Assembly (NCBI GenBank): GCA_030141605.1
Contig: JAQGDQ010001037.1
Span: 4,457 to 68,456 of the forward strand
DNA from: Tubiluchus corallicola
Lineage: Eukaryota > Animalia > Priapulida
Direction of reading: 5' to 3'
Length of the DNA: 64,000 bases
In this document: in pieces, positions 33,601-48,600 of the stretch
Layout: every line of letters starts with the position of its first letter
Position numbering within the stretch: the first letter of the stretch is position 1
Notes under the pieces: model-generated
The model's input: the letters and a program-made list of their open reading frames with translations, nothing else
Database searches by the model: none
What the model was told of the DNA's origin: nothing
Made by a program: the position numbers and the translations under genes

Positions 33601-36600
33601 GAGTTGGGTGCACCGCTAATGCATACCAGTAAAGAGAGCATACGCTGAGACCTCTTTTCGCTTCTATGATAAGATTATAGATAATTTTAATTTGTAACTT
33701 AAAATTATTTTCACATATTACTGACTAATCCGGCTATGCAAGTATAACATATGCATGCGCTACTAACTAACAACTGCTGTTATACAAGAATAATGCTTTA
33801 GATAAAATATAATAATTTAATTTACATTTACATTATACTTTAATTTACATAGCTCGCAGTACTAATCTAAGTAGAGTTTTGTTATTAAATTAGTAGAAGG
33901 GTGGTAGACTCGATGACCTTTCGGTTTTTTCGCCACCCTGTCTCTCTTAGTAGTCACATCATTTGTTAATGCTATGTTGATTGTTATTGAGACAAATAAA
34001 TTATTCTGTATTCTGTATTATTAGACAAGGTACTAGAGGATTCAAGGCGCTGAACATTTTACAGCTGGCTTTTAATTGTCGTGGTAGAATAGGATCCTTT
34101 GGGGGGGGGGGTGGCAAAATTCGTACACATTCCGACGTCATTACTATTTCGTGGTCACCTTGGAGTCATTTGTTCAGTTCAATTCAATTTTATTGCGCAA
34201 ATACAATAGGCATGGCAAAACATTACAATTATAAAAAAAATCAAACTACAAGAACAAATACAATTATGCAACGTTGCAAAAATGAGCTTGTACAAGATAT
34301 TTACTTAAATAGCCAACTTAAATCTGATAAGAAATTATGTGCTCTTATGAAATCGTATTTTTGCTACAACTACAAGGAACTAATAAAAACACAAAATCTA
34401 ACTAATTAAAATAATCACAAACGAGATGAAATTACACAATCACAGCACAATGTTAATCCAGCACTCATATATTAACACCAACATGTAACTGCCCTTTTTA
34501 TCACGTTTGTTTAAGTAGTTTCCAAAATGAATAAAGTCGTCTGGGTGTGTATTTAGAAAAAGCCGCATTACTGAGTATACATTACCTTTTTGCAAAGATA
34601 AATTATATATTTTATTCTCATATTTTTGTCTAATATCTTTATACAGAGGACAGGTAAAAAGGTAATGTAGTTCGGTTTTTAACTAATTTTGAACGCTTGT
34701 TTCTCGTGTAACCATCATCGTCTCAAAGACAAAAGACAAGAGTTATTTACCGTCACTCATTCAATAGACAACATTAGCACTCACGTACGGGTACCTAGAC
34801 TCGAACTCAAGGCTACCTGAAGTCTCTTACCTCGCATACTTCATCAGTTGCTCATTCTATGACAGCTAGTTCCTCTCACGCAACTTTGTACCTTGTGTTA
34901 CTTGCCCCTTTGCCCGTTGAGCTGAAATTCTGCCGGTTTTACCGTATGTACGGGCACCTAGACTCGAACTCAAGGCTACGTGAAGTCTCTTACCTTGTCT
35001 ACTTCATCAGTTGCTCATTCTATGACAGCTAGTTCCTTTCACGCAACTTTCTTCGTTGTATTACTTGCCCCTTTGCCCATTGAGCTTAAATTCTGCTGCT
35101 TTTACCGTACGTATTGGTACCTAGACTCGAATCTAAGGCTACATGAAGTCTCTTACTTCATCAGTTGCTCATTCTATGACAGCTAGTTCCTCTCACGCAA
35201 CTTTCTTCGTTGTGTTACTTGCCCCTTTGCCCGTTAAACTTAAATTCTGCCGCTTTCACCGTATGTACGGGCAGCTGGTGTGAAAATCTCTGTAAATTCC
35301 ACTACAGCTAAGATAATATTTGTCAAAGCTATACTTGCTTTCGTTGTATAAACAGATCCCCGGCCATTTGTACAACTGACTTTCTGAGGTACGCAGTAGT
35401 AAATTAGCAAGATATTCACCATCGTCTTTCAAAGAATGTGACATTGTCTCGCATGTTTGAGAGTGAAAGAAGATGAGTGTTTGGAAACGTGCCATCTACA
35501 GGTCTAAATTAGAGTGTGGAACGCCATCTACAGGGTCAAATTAGAGGTAGATGTAGTTAGGCCTCATGCAAGGGTTGCCTGCTGTGTATAGCAACACAAT
35601 AGCTTACTGGTATATGTAGTTTTTCTGCGGATGGAAAATTTGTGATTCTACAACGATTTAGAGACTAATGTTTTCAATTAACATCACATATTAGTAAGTT
35701 TGTTGACGAACAACACAATACAATGTATGCAAGGAATCACGCATCATACAAAAGCATCTCAATACTTGGGTATAATCGTCACTTTGAAACAGTAAAAGAA
35801 ACAGTAGAGGTTAAGCAGTTCATTCTATTTTTTTGCAAAAAAAAACATAATTACACTAATGTTCTGTCATTGTATAGGTTTTACACGTCAAATGTAGACC
35901 TGCGTTAACTCAAATGTAGATTTAGGTCATTCAAATGTGTCTTGGTAACTCAAATGTAGACTTAGGTGGTTCCAACGTGTTAACAATGGTTTTCAACAAA
36001 TCTTAATAAAGCGTAAAGCATCTTCTTGCAGATATTAGAGAAAATCTTCTAGTGCAGAATCACGGTCAGAGAATGGCAATATTAGCGCAGTTGGCAGAAC
36101 AGTCTGTTAATATCATAACGGCTGCAGATGCAGGGCATTTTGTAATTTGCACTTAAATGAGTTAATTACCAATTTATTTAAAGTACCGCACTACATTTGA
36201 CTTACCTAAGTCACATTTGAGTTACCAAAACACATTCGAAATTCCTATGTCTACATTTGAGTTACCTAAGTCACATTTGAGTTACCAAAACACATTCGAA
36301 ATTCCTATGTCTATATTTGACTTACCTAAGTCACATTTGAACTTTCCCGTGTCTACATTTGACGTGTAAAACCTATACTTCGAATGAGTCTGAGGAAATA
36401 CATTGATTTGATTGACCCAATAAAGTAAAAAATTGTTTTGTTTACGTCTTGTAATTTGTTTTGTTGTGGTATATAGTTGTGTGCTCTTCTGTCGTGTATA
36501 TGGTAAACATTTGTCGTCACTTTTAACCTTGGCATTTTCCCATTGACTAAGTGTAATTTTTAGATGGTCAGTTCAGTGATCAGTGCTACTGTTTCACCAA

Positions 36601-39600
36601 CTAGCGTGGACATCGGATACTAGGTCTGTTCATTTTGCGTCGCTTTGGACAATTCAGTTGAATAAATCGTGAGCGCAATCTTCTGTCGCTGTCGTCAGTT
36701 TACCATCTTACTTGCAGTGAAGCCCTTTCTCTACGCAACGCACCCCCAATAGCTTGTTCCAATCAGGAAAAAAAGGCATAAGAGTTCGCGAAAACGAAGC
36801 GTTCTCGGCGGGTGATGGGTTAAATCCGAGTATCCCATTTCTTTGACGTCTACGTGGGAGTCTTAACGAGATAGCTAAGACTTTGTCAAGATGTTTTGAA
36901 AACAGCTCGTAGATACAGTAACTGTCATTTGACTATATTTTCGTTTAGTCGTAGCTTTAACTCACGTTGCGCTATTTCTTGTCACGAAATTACCAACGTT
37001 GTTTGTTTGCATTACCATTGAGTGATGATCATAACAGTGCAAAGTGTATGGTAGTTTGTACACAGTTTACATAAACCGAAAAACTTCACCCTTGCTCGTC
37101 TGAACAAAGCATTTGATGTGTCTCTAGTGCCTGGAAATACGAAATCGTTTCTGCCAATTGAGCTGACCGAGTGGCAGTTTTACTAATGCTTTTCCTACCT
37201 GCGTCTCAAAGAACAACAACTGCACAAAACTACTACTAAAATGTTGAATAACCCCGTGTATCAGTGAACTTTAAATTTATGCCCACTGTACGCAACTAGG
37301 CCAGAAGTTATTATGGATTAATGGAAATTTATCTTTTAAATAGGGAGTCCTAGAAGCGTCCTTTTTGCACGTTATAACACCCATCAAAAACATCATATGT
37401 CTACAAAATATTTTAAAAAGCGAGTCTTAGAGGCGTTTTTTCTTTCTTGCACGCTATGGCACCCATCAAAAACATCATATATCTACAAAATATTTTAAAC
37501 ATAAGCAATAATTGAGGGCCAAACATTGTTATTGGCTTGGGCAAAAATCAAATCAAGACAAAAAATTCACAGGCAAGAAAGTCGTAGAAAAAAGTCACAG
37601 GAAAAAGAAAAGACCCTGACGCTAGCTAAAATTAATTTTTTTCCAGTGAGTTTGTTTCCAGCCTGAAATTGTGAGTTTTTCCGTACTTTTTCTGCTATGA
37701 ATTACTGTCTAATGGCAAAATCCGTACTTTTTGTGCTGTGAATTACTGGCTTTTGGCAAATCCGTACTTTTTCTGCTATGAATTACTGGCTTTTGGCAAA
37801 TCCGTACTTTTTGTGCTGTGAATTACTGGCTTTTGGCAAATCCGTACTTTTTGTGCTGTGAATTACTGGCTAATGGCAAAATTTGTACTTTTTCTGCTGT
37901 GAATTACTGTCTAATGGCAAAATCCGTACTTTTTGTGCTATGAATTACTGGCTTTTGGCAAATCCGTACTTTTTGTGCTGTGAATTACTGGCTAATGGCA
38001 AAATCCGTACTTTTTGTTCTGTGAATTACTGGCTAATGGCAAAATTTGTACTTTTTATGCTGTGAATTACTGGCTAATGGCAAAATTTATGGCAAAATCC
38101 GTACTTTTTGTGCTGTGAATTACTGGCTAATGGCAAAATCCGTACTTTTTGTTCTGTGAATTATTAGCTAACGGCAAAATCCGTACTTTTTGTTCTGTGA
38201 ATTACTGGCTAATGGCAAAATCCGTACTTTCTGTGCTGTGAATTACTGGCGAATGGCAAAATGTATACTTTTTGTGCTGTGAATTACTGGCGAATGGCAA
38301 AATGTATACTTTTTGTGCTGTGAATTACTGGCGAATGGCAAAATGTATACTTTTTGTGCTGTGAATTACGGGCGAATGGCAAAATGTATACTTTTGTGCT
38401 ATGAATTACTGGCTAATGGCAAAATCATGCTACATCTGTAAAAAATTTTACACGTTGTGCAGGTGTATCTTTGAGCAAGTGTTACAAGACCATAGATTTT
38501 GATTAGTCTTTGGGGAAAATGGCGCCACTGCCGGAGAGTGTAGAGGCGTTTGAGAGTTAAGACTAATTTTTACTCGCATTTCAAAGTTTTGGGTGTGGTT
38601 TAGAGGTGTGATAATTTAAGGGTGCGATGAACTAGGGACCCCAGATGAATAGTAAAACAGAGTTGCCACGGCAGCTGCAAGACTAGTACTTTTGTCCCCA
38701 AACCGGGTGTGCAAATATTAAGAACTGTATACTTTACCCCCTTTATGGCCTTAACAGCTAATGGCTTTAGCATGTTAATACGACTCTTCGTCTAGCCGTT
38801 AGTATATTATTTCTAGTCTGGTGATGTTTGCTAACCCATTTGACCAAGCAATTTTCGGAGAGTTACTACACGGTAGCTAGAACAGATCAAGAGCTAGGGC
38901 AGCTGTAGTTTCTACAGTCTGGTAAAATCAATACCGTCGCTTCCCCTGCTGGCTTCCTCGTCTGCTGAATGTTTGAGGGGCGGATCCAGTATCACTACAA
39001 CGCCCCGTGTAGTGTTTGTTGACGCCTCTTTACTTTGTCTGGCCTCGCCACTTCGTTCTAGTACTACCTCTGTTACTGTATCCTATAGTCATTTTGATTT
39101 TTGAATTTTTTCATGACAGGTGTCGCTGGTTTCGCACGCCGTCACAGCTCACCCCACGTGCGCGTGCGCCCCTTGCTTGGTTGATGAGTCGGTCTGGGCC
39201 GCCTGGTACTTGTGAAAGCATCGACTAAATCAGGGTCACTGAGGAATGGGAAAGTTGTTATCCAAAATTTTTGTATTGAAGGTTTTATACAAGCATATCT
39301 CCCTCAGACAACCACACATGATCTCCATTTTGGGTGGTGGGGTGGAAATTTTTTCGAGGAGACATTTCTGTCTTACTAATGAAATTCTTTTAACACGTGG
39401 AGTACTTTATTTGTGTGAAGTTGTCACGTTGGTTTCCAATTTTCTCATATATTCTGCCATAAATGTTATTAAATCAACCTTTTTATTGGGCTGCTAAAGC
39501 TCTTAATATATATTTTTATGAGTTCTGTTTTGTTCCTGTACTTATATTAGATTTTTTTAACATTTCTAAGCATGCTCGCAAGAGGGTGGTGTAAGAGAAT

Positions 39601-42600
39601 AGAGGTAAATAAGTCGAATGGGCTTCCTTTGAAAGGATGTAGAATACCTCTGAAAGCTATATTGTAGTTTGACAGTTTGATATTTTAAAGTAGTGTATCT
39701 GTATTTAGAATTGTATAAACAGGGTTGTCCAGAAAACCAACCTTTTTATTGGGCTGCTAAAGCTTCTACAGCAACATTTCACGAGTTATGACATTATATC
39801 ACGATTTATGACATTATAACGTCTGACTCTGTTATTGCGAATTAAAAATAACCTTCTCTGCGCTTTTGGTAACTGCTGCTCAACGTTTTAAATACATATA
39901 TTTATAAATTACCTTTGTCCGTGCTTGGTAAAATTCATAATGTTGTCAACCGTTTGACGGGCCTAGATGGTTTCTAAGTGGGCCACTTTCGGTGGGCCTA
40001 AAATAATTTAATGCCAAAATTCTGAATTATTCCTCGCCACTAGTTATTCACTGTTACATGCATTTCGTCGACGAAATGCATTAGACAGGCACTTGCGCTT
40101 GCATTTCAGATATGCGTTACACAAAAAACGGGGTGCTGTACCTTTCAGTTCAGATGTTTTAGTTTGGGACGAACTGCACAAATTCGACAGCTCATGCATG
40201 AGCTCAGCGGTAAATTTGAATTTTTATCTTAAAGCTTACCTAGTTTTAGTACAACACGCTGAATGTCTTACATTGTCATTACACTTCAATTTTTGTTTCC
40301 CCAAATACGTGCAAGACGCTCATGCAATATTTTTGCTCGTGGAAAATTGTTAGTTTGTGATGTTGTCAATAGTTGGGCTCGCAAACTGTTAATCAAGTTT
40401 TTAATCTATTATTTAACTATCTATCATTTGTAGTATTAATTGTGCTAATAGGTATGCTTTTTATCGGACTTCAAATGGGGTAGTATATGAAATCTCATTC
40501 GTAGGCCCTGCAGATGGTCCGTCTGGACTTAAGCCTGTTGTAACATATCAATCTTGCCAATATAAATACATTATCTTAAAAGTTATTTGTTTTAAATTTA
40601 CATGTTAATCTTGTAATGGTCAAATATGTGTACCAATGCAACATTAGATTAGAATGTCTGAGAAATTTTCACCTCCACTGGGACTCGAACTCAAGACCTA
40701 CTGCTTGTATAAACTAGTTAAACTGCATGCATGTCTAAGTACTAGTTCACTTTGCAGTATCCACTTAACAGTTTGAATGGAACGATGCAAATCTTTACGA
40801 CTGTGCAGGTCTGTGTTGTATTCGCATGCAATCTTCACCAAAATATCTCGTGCGCACGGAATTTTACAATTTACATCACTTGCGTGCAGAAGACTGGCTT
40901 AGAAGAAAACGCCTTTGTTTAAATTTATACAGATGACGCGTTCAAATAGTAATTTTGTTGCCTGCAATTCCCACAGCGCTCAAGAAAACTTTTTTCCTAG
41001 GAATTATTTCGTGTTAAAATTTTCTAGCTGTGTTTGGACAGTAACTGGGCAACGTTTACGTTTCGTATTAGAAACCCTTTCGATTTCAAGTTTTAATATT
41101 TGACGGTATTGAATTCCACTCAATAGTACAGGTTATGCGGACAGTATTATGTTCACTCAGCAGCAGGGGCGGATCTGAGAGAAGGGATGCTGTGTGTAGC
41201 AGCAGGAGGCGGATCTGAGAGAAGGGATGCTGTGCGTAGCAGCAGAAGGCGAACAGTATTATGTTCACTCAGCATCAGGGGCGGATCTGAGAGAAGGGAT
41301 GCTGTGCGTAGCAGCAGGAGGCGGATCTGAGAGGAGGGGTGCTGTGCGTAGCAGCAGGAGGCGGATCTGAGAGAAGGGGTGCTGAGCGTAGCAGCAGGAG
41401 GCGGATCTGAGAGAAGGGGTGCTGTGCGTTAGCAGCAGGAGGCGGATCTGAGACAAGGGTTGCTGTTCGTAGCAACAGGAGGCGGATCTGAGACAAGGGG
41501 TGCTGTGTGAAGGCTAAATTAAAGTGAATGAATGGGAGTATACAGAGTGAAGTAAGAATTATAATCTGTGTCCATCTTGCTTAAGTCTACAAAGTGAATT
41601 TTTGTGGTTAATTCATAACTTGATGCAGATTTTGGCAAGTTGCCAACAACCTCGTGTTCCGCCATATTCAGTCTGAGGCTTTTAATAGAAAGAGAAAACT
41701 CGGGTTGGACAGTGAGTCACAACTGATTGTGATAAATGGTTAAGCGAGTATGACTACAGCCAATCTATTTTATATTAGCGACGTGTGTCAGCGTTGACAT
41801 TTTAAACCTCAGTGCTCTAAGGCTGGCTGGCTATTGACATCAGTTTAGATTTCACCCTCCATTTCCTTTCGCTTTCAATTGCGGTGGTTAGAATATGTGT
41901 CACAAACTCACAAACGATTTATAACTGTAGTTCGTTTATGGTTCATGATAAATCGTTATAAATACAGTAGCAATAAACACTCGGTGTTGTAATTATTTCC
42001 ACCTCCTTAGCCTAGTACATTGTATTTGTATTGATTGTGTTTGGTTGTTACGCAAAAACAAATATTTAATGGAAGACAGGATGATTTTTCATATACTAAT
42101 CCATTTTCAAGTCCGGTAAAAATATACATTTTAAGGCAATTAATACTTCAAAAGCGTTTCTGATAATTAAATAATAGATTAAAAACTTAATTAACGGCGG
42201 GCGAGCCCAACTATTGATGACATCACAAACTAACATGATTTTCGATAGCAAAAATATTCTACGAGCGTGTTACACGTGTTTGCGAAAGCGAAAATTGATG
42301 TACAGTGCTACGTACTGTGAGATATTCAGTCTGTTATACTAAAACTAGGCATGTTTTAAGATAAACATTCAAATTTCAAATTTACCATTGTGCTCACGTA
42401 TGAGCTGTCGAATGTGCGTATTTTGACAGAAGCTAACACAACTGAACTGAGATGTACAGCACCTGTTTTTTGCGCAATGCGTTTCCGAAATGCAGGCACT
42501 AGTGCCTGTCTAACTGGCGAATGGCGAAATGCATGTAACAGGAAGAACTAGTGGTGCAAACGTGAAATTGTGTTTGTGTGGTAATAATTCTTTCGCGTAA

Positions 42601-45600
42601 GTCATTTTTGAAGAAATAGTATTTTTCCTTTCAATATTTTAAAGAGTAGATTGTTTTTACCCGCAATTTAAGATTGGGTCTGGTTTTGCTTTAATTGTGT
42701 TGTCATTAGTACATCGTAAAATCTTGGCTGATAATAAAAAAATATCTCACTCATCTGCTGTTGACATTATTTACTGTTATATTTATTTTCCATAACAAAC
42801 ATAATACCAAGTTGTAAAATTTATCCAAAACAAAACAGCCGAAACAGTCAATTTTTGCACGAGCACAAAATAAATAATACTTTGTTTGGCTGCCAGAGGT
42901 CTGGCAAAGGGTTAGTCTCGTTTAGACACGCAAAAGACCAGAAGGTTTTTTGTCTATCAGTGCTCTGTTTAGTGTTTTTATAAAATATTTTTTTATTTTA
43001 TCACTACAAACTGATTTTCTGCATACAAAACTGTCTTCTGTAACATGCAAGAGTGTTAGGAGAAAATGGCCAAGTGGTCATGGTGTCTTCTCCGCTAGTC
43101 GTACTGGTACATAAAATATCTGCTTCTATAATGACAGTTTTATAATAGTATTTGAGACCACGTGTAAGAATCATATGCAAAGGTATTAGGAGAGGTAATA
43201 GCTGACAGTTTATGGTATTTTCTTTCCCAGTCAATTATGAAGATAAGAAACACTTGGCCTGCTAATAAGTGAATGGGTGACTTCCAGAAAAATTGTTTCT
43301 TAATGGCTTCATGTGGCAGCTTCTCACTGTTTCTTTTGCTTGTGAAAGAAATCCATGCATCCCAATGTGGTTAAGGCCTCTGCTCGTCTTGGAAGATTAT
43401 TCTTGCTAAGCTAGTGTCAGGTCCTGCCACAAGCGTCCACAGGAAGAGCAGGATGTCAATTTGGCGGACGTCAATTGCAGGACCTGATCTGGCTTCTTGT
43501 TTGATCATTTTGCACCCTGAAAGTAGCATTTCTGCACGTTCTAACTTGTGTTTCCCTAGCATTTATTGATATTTTTTATTTCAGGAAAAGTACCTTGTGC
43601 CAGCTGTAAGAAGAAGTGCAAAGGGGAAGTACTAAAAGTGCAAGACAAACATTTTCATCTAGACTGCTTCAAATGTAAACGTATGCATCATTTAATGACT
43701 TGCTTGATTTGTATAACAAGTATTGAAAGAAGTTTACAATTTCCCACACCATTTAAATACTCTAGCCCTAATCCTAACCCTAGTCCTAACTCGCCCTAAC
43801 CCTAATCCTAATCCTAACACCCAAACTGTAATCTTAACCCTAACCCTAACTCACCCTAATCCTAATCTTTATCCTAACTCAATCTAACCCTAATCTTAAC
43901 CCTAACTCACCATAACCCTAATCCTAACCCTAACTCAACCCAATCCTAACCTTTATCCTAACTCAGCCTAACCCTAATCTTTATCCTAACTCATCCTAAC
44001 CCTAATCCTAGCCCTAATTCACCCTAACCATAATCCTAGCCCTAACTCACCCTAACCCTAATCCCAACCCTAACTCACCCTAGCCCTAATCTTAACCCTC
44101 ACTCAACCTAACCCTAATCTAAACCCTAATCCTAATCTTAACCCTGATCCTAACCCTAACCTTAACTCTCCGTAACCTTAACTCACCCTAACCCTAATCC
44201 TAACTCTAATTTCTTGTGTGTGAAAATGGTAGGCTTTAGCCCCCAAGTATTTAATTTCATAATTTTTTTGTACAAAATTTATTTTTGTGATACTAATATT
44301 GATTTCTAGATATTGCTAAGATGCAATACATATATGAGTTTTACATCTTCAAAGCCAACCTTGTTTTCTATTTTTTAGCTGGCTCTACTAATGCCAGTGC
44401 TGTTTATGTAAGTGGGCTCTAAACTTTAGATAAAACTTTCTCACTGATAACGGTTCAAAAGGTTAAAACGTTCAAAATCATAATCCATATTAATTTTAGT
44501 AACTAGTATGAATTAATATGGATTAACATATTCTAGCAGTATTCTAGTAACTTGTGCCTCTGGTCAAAAGTCGTGATTTTAATCATTTTCACTTTGTGGC
44601 CAGAGCTGCTAAAAAGTGGGATCTGTTAATAAATAAAATTATTTTAAAATTTTAAAAACTTTTTAAATTTCATACTGAGATTTTGTAATGAAGCAGGTCA
44701 AACATTCCTTGCGTTAAATATATGATTTAAATTTTGTTAACTACATACTGGACAAGAGAAATGGCTCATACATAGAAGAAAGTATTTGAATTTTCATTTT
44801 AAAACTTTAAGCAATCCATTGGATTGGCCATGTAAACACATGCTGACTTAACCTTTGACCTACAGCATTGTCACGTCTCTATGTACTCAAACTTTTCTGT
44901 GAACGGTTAAACAAATCCACATTTTCTGCGTTTCTAAAAAATTCAGTACTTGGCAAGGTAACTTTCATGAATAGAGTTAGCAAATGTAACACATTAATGT
45001 TATCTCTGTTTAATGGTGTAATTTCCTTGTTAATAGATGGCACTGTCATTGCACCTGTGTTATGTCTGATGTGTTATTGCAAGTACTGTTTACAGCATAG
45101 GAGACGGCATCTACTAAACTTGTTTCTGAACTAGCAATAGTTAGTACAGCTAAAGTTAACTGAGTTATTAAATCATTACCATAATGTTTTTATTAGAATG
45201 TAAGAAATCACTGGCATCTGGCGGATTTTTCTGTAAAGACGATCAATTTTACTGCAGCGAAGATTATCAGACGCAGTTTGGAACCCGCTGTGCAAAATGC
45301 AACGAGTACGTAGAAGGGGAGGTTATCACAGCACTCGGGAGAACCTATCACCAGGGGTGCCTACTGTGCACGTTCTGCGTGTATGTATTGATTAATGGAA
45401 ATATTTACAAACTGTGGTAGGAAGACTACATAGTTTATAATAGGATAATCAGTAGGTGGAGAGCAGACAGTCCGTGAAGTTACCGAAACAAAGATTTCGC
45501 TTTGGTTTGTCGGTAATTGCACTTTTGGTTGCTTAAGTTTTGTAACCGAAAATTTTGGTTATTTTCGGTGGCAGCTTTCCGAGGTTTTTTTAGTAACTAT

Positions 45601-48600
45601 GAATGTATTTCACACATCAAAATACAATATTGTACACATTAATAAACAATAAATAAAATGATTTGAGTAGTGCGAGGTGAGTTTACGACCATACGTAATT
45701 ATTAAAGTAATGCGAGCTTTTGTAGATGACTTAGTGTAATTGATGTAATAAAGTAAATGATGTAATAATAGCAAGGAAACAAGGAAAACATAATATGTAA
45801 TTACGATTTTGATATAGGCTGCGATGAATGAATAATTTCATTTAAATTGATTTATACCTTTTACTAATAACGTAACAAAGGTCGTAATGATAATATTTTT
45901 TCAGTAGTATTTTTTCAGCTTACATTTTTTCCTTTAGATGTTAAAAACTGTTGAAATTTTTTTGGCTAAAATAGTTCAAATAAAGTGAAAATATCGTTTA
46001 TTTAACTTTTTGTACTATTTGTAGCATGCTTTTTACGGCAATGTGGCATATCTTCAGTGCTGACGACTGTGAAGCTTTAAGGTCTCCAGACACAATCAAC
46101 CGAAATATCAAAGCATAATTTGAAAAAACAAATAATTATAATTAAATTATGAAATATAGAGAACAATTTTAAAATTTGTCAATTTTTTGAAGCACATGAT
46201 CTTTAACCATGAACATTGTTCTATTTTTTTGGTTAACATTTTTTGACTAGCTACTTCATCAAGCTTCTGTCAGAGCAAATGTGAGCAAACGAGCAAAAGC
46301 AAAGAATTTCATTTATTTCAGATATTTTTCAGTTTTGATAGTAGTTTTTTTTGCGAAAAAAATTTCGGTTCAATTTCGTTTCGGTGTTTCATAAATTTTG
46401 GTTTTTGGTTTCTGCTTGTGATTTCAGTTTCGGTAACATGATATCGAATCTAACTCCTGGCTATCAAATTCGAATTGAATCGAATTTCAGGATTTGGAAT
46501 TCAAATTCAAATTCAGTATTAAAAACTTTCCTTCTTCTTCTTCATTTAAATGCATCAACATCATCAAATTGAACACTCTAACACTTGATTATGCTCTTAG
46601 CTTTGTGAATGTCGTACAAACGTCAAACTTGCATCCAGTGCAAATAAGAACGATTTTCTAATGAGGGTCTAATAAATGCATGGAATAAATTTCGAAGCAG
46701 TAATCATTTGTGGACAGAGATTGAGGTTGAACTGTGCAGATTGCTTCATAATTCAAACATCTTAAAACTTCCGATGATAAAGAATGGACGTAACTGTAGA
46801 GCGAAATTATTCAAATTCATGATTTTGATTTGGATTGGGTTAGTTCTAATCAAAAGAAAACTCGAGGGAATTGAATGTTCGATGCTCACCCGAATGTAGG
46901 TGTATCTTACGTATTCTTACTGTTAAATTACTGCGATACGAAGTTTGATTGAAAAATGTGGCCAAAAGCATTGTTTATAACAATGATAATCTATTCACTG
47001 TTGTCAATGTTTATAACAATGATAATCTATTCACTGTTGTCATTGTTTATAACAATGATAATCTATTTACTGTTGTCAAGAGTGTGTCATAGTTTGTTTG
47101 CAAATGTTTGTTTGTACCATATGTACTATTCTTCTATATATACACGGAATATTTTATATATTTTGTCCATCTAGACTGGTCTGTCTATTAGTCGCTGATT
47201 AGACGGGGGATTTTTCTCGAAGTAAATTACGCTAAACCTGACCCGATCTGAATTGCTTATTGCTACCTGTAAATATGTGCTGTGGAAATAAAATAGTGCA
47301 CCACAGTGATAGCATGATTTGCTTTAGGGACATTGCAACAAGTGTTGCTTTACTACATGTGTTGAAATAATCGGGTTATTTGATATAATAGAATCACTAT
47401 TATATAACTATATTCAGATATTATTGTAATAAACCCGATACTAAATTAAATTTCTTTAATGAAATGAAGCTGTGAGAAAGTGGTGACATAGCCTGCAATT
47501 TTGCACTCATCTGGAACTGGAAACATTGACCACACGTCAGATATCTTGACCACTCGTCCACCCAACTGTTAATGGGAAGCAGGCCTTAATTCAATCCAGA
47601 TAATTGTTATTTAAGTGCGACTTTGATCACAGGGGGCTGGGCGGTCTATTAGTAATGCAGTTGAACTTGAAAACCAAGGTCATTGGTTCAAATTCAGGTT
47701 ACCGATTTCTTATTTTTGACCAAGTTTGAGTTTTTAAATTTAATAATTATAATTATTCTATCATTAACAATAATTTTAATTAATAATTCAGACTATATAT
47801 ATATATTAGTAAAATATTTGAACTTTTTGAATAGATTTATTTATTTTTCACCGATTGTTGAGAATTTTTGGCCTCTAAAGAGTAAGCTTACCTTTGTTTT
47901 GGGTTGGTAATAAGCCTTCACACAGTTTCGTTGTGCGCACGCGCATTTGCTGTAGATCAAAGGTTAGGTGCACCACAGCAATGCAGCTTAACTACAACCG
48001 TCACGAAAAATGGGGGTAAAGCAAAGCTGTCTGCCCCATCAGTTCAGTAACTTCAGTTGTTTTACGTGGGCTTTACTTAATTATGCATTAGTCTGCGAGT
48101 GATTTACTAGCAGGATCTTGCTTGGGAACAAGAAAAAATGAACTAGGTAAGGTTCCGTCTAGCTGTTAAAACTGTTACTATTACAATAGCATGGGCTGCG
48201 AGACGTTGTCAAGTGTACACAAATGTACTGTCTGATACATTTAACCTTTGACCTTTTTGTGATCATCGTCAATCGCTGGAACTGTGAGAAGGCTTATTTA
48301 CCTTGTACACTATGACATGCATAGTATATATACAGTATATAATTTAGTTTTTTCCTTACGATTAGTAATAAAATTGTGTGCTTACCAAATTCAGAGTCAA
48401 TTTTAGCAACACCTAAGGATTTTTCTGCATTTCAGAAATCCGTTTCCTCCTGGCGAAAAAGTCACATTTAAAGATGGAAAGAGCATTTGTCAGAACTGTA
48501 TTAATAAACTGCCCTCACCGCCGGTCTCTCCCGCAAAAGAGGTACCTAAGGGAGCAAGTAAGTACAGCTATAAAAGGACTTCTCGTCTTCGTGTAAATAT

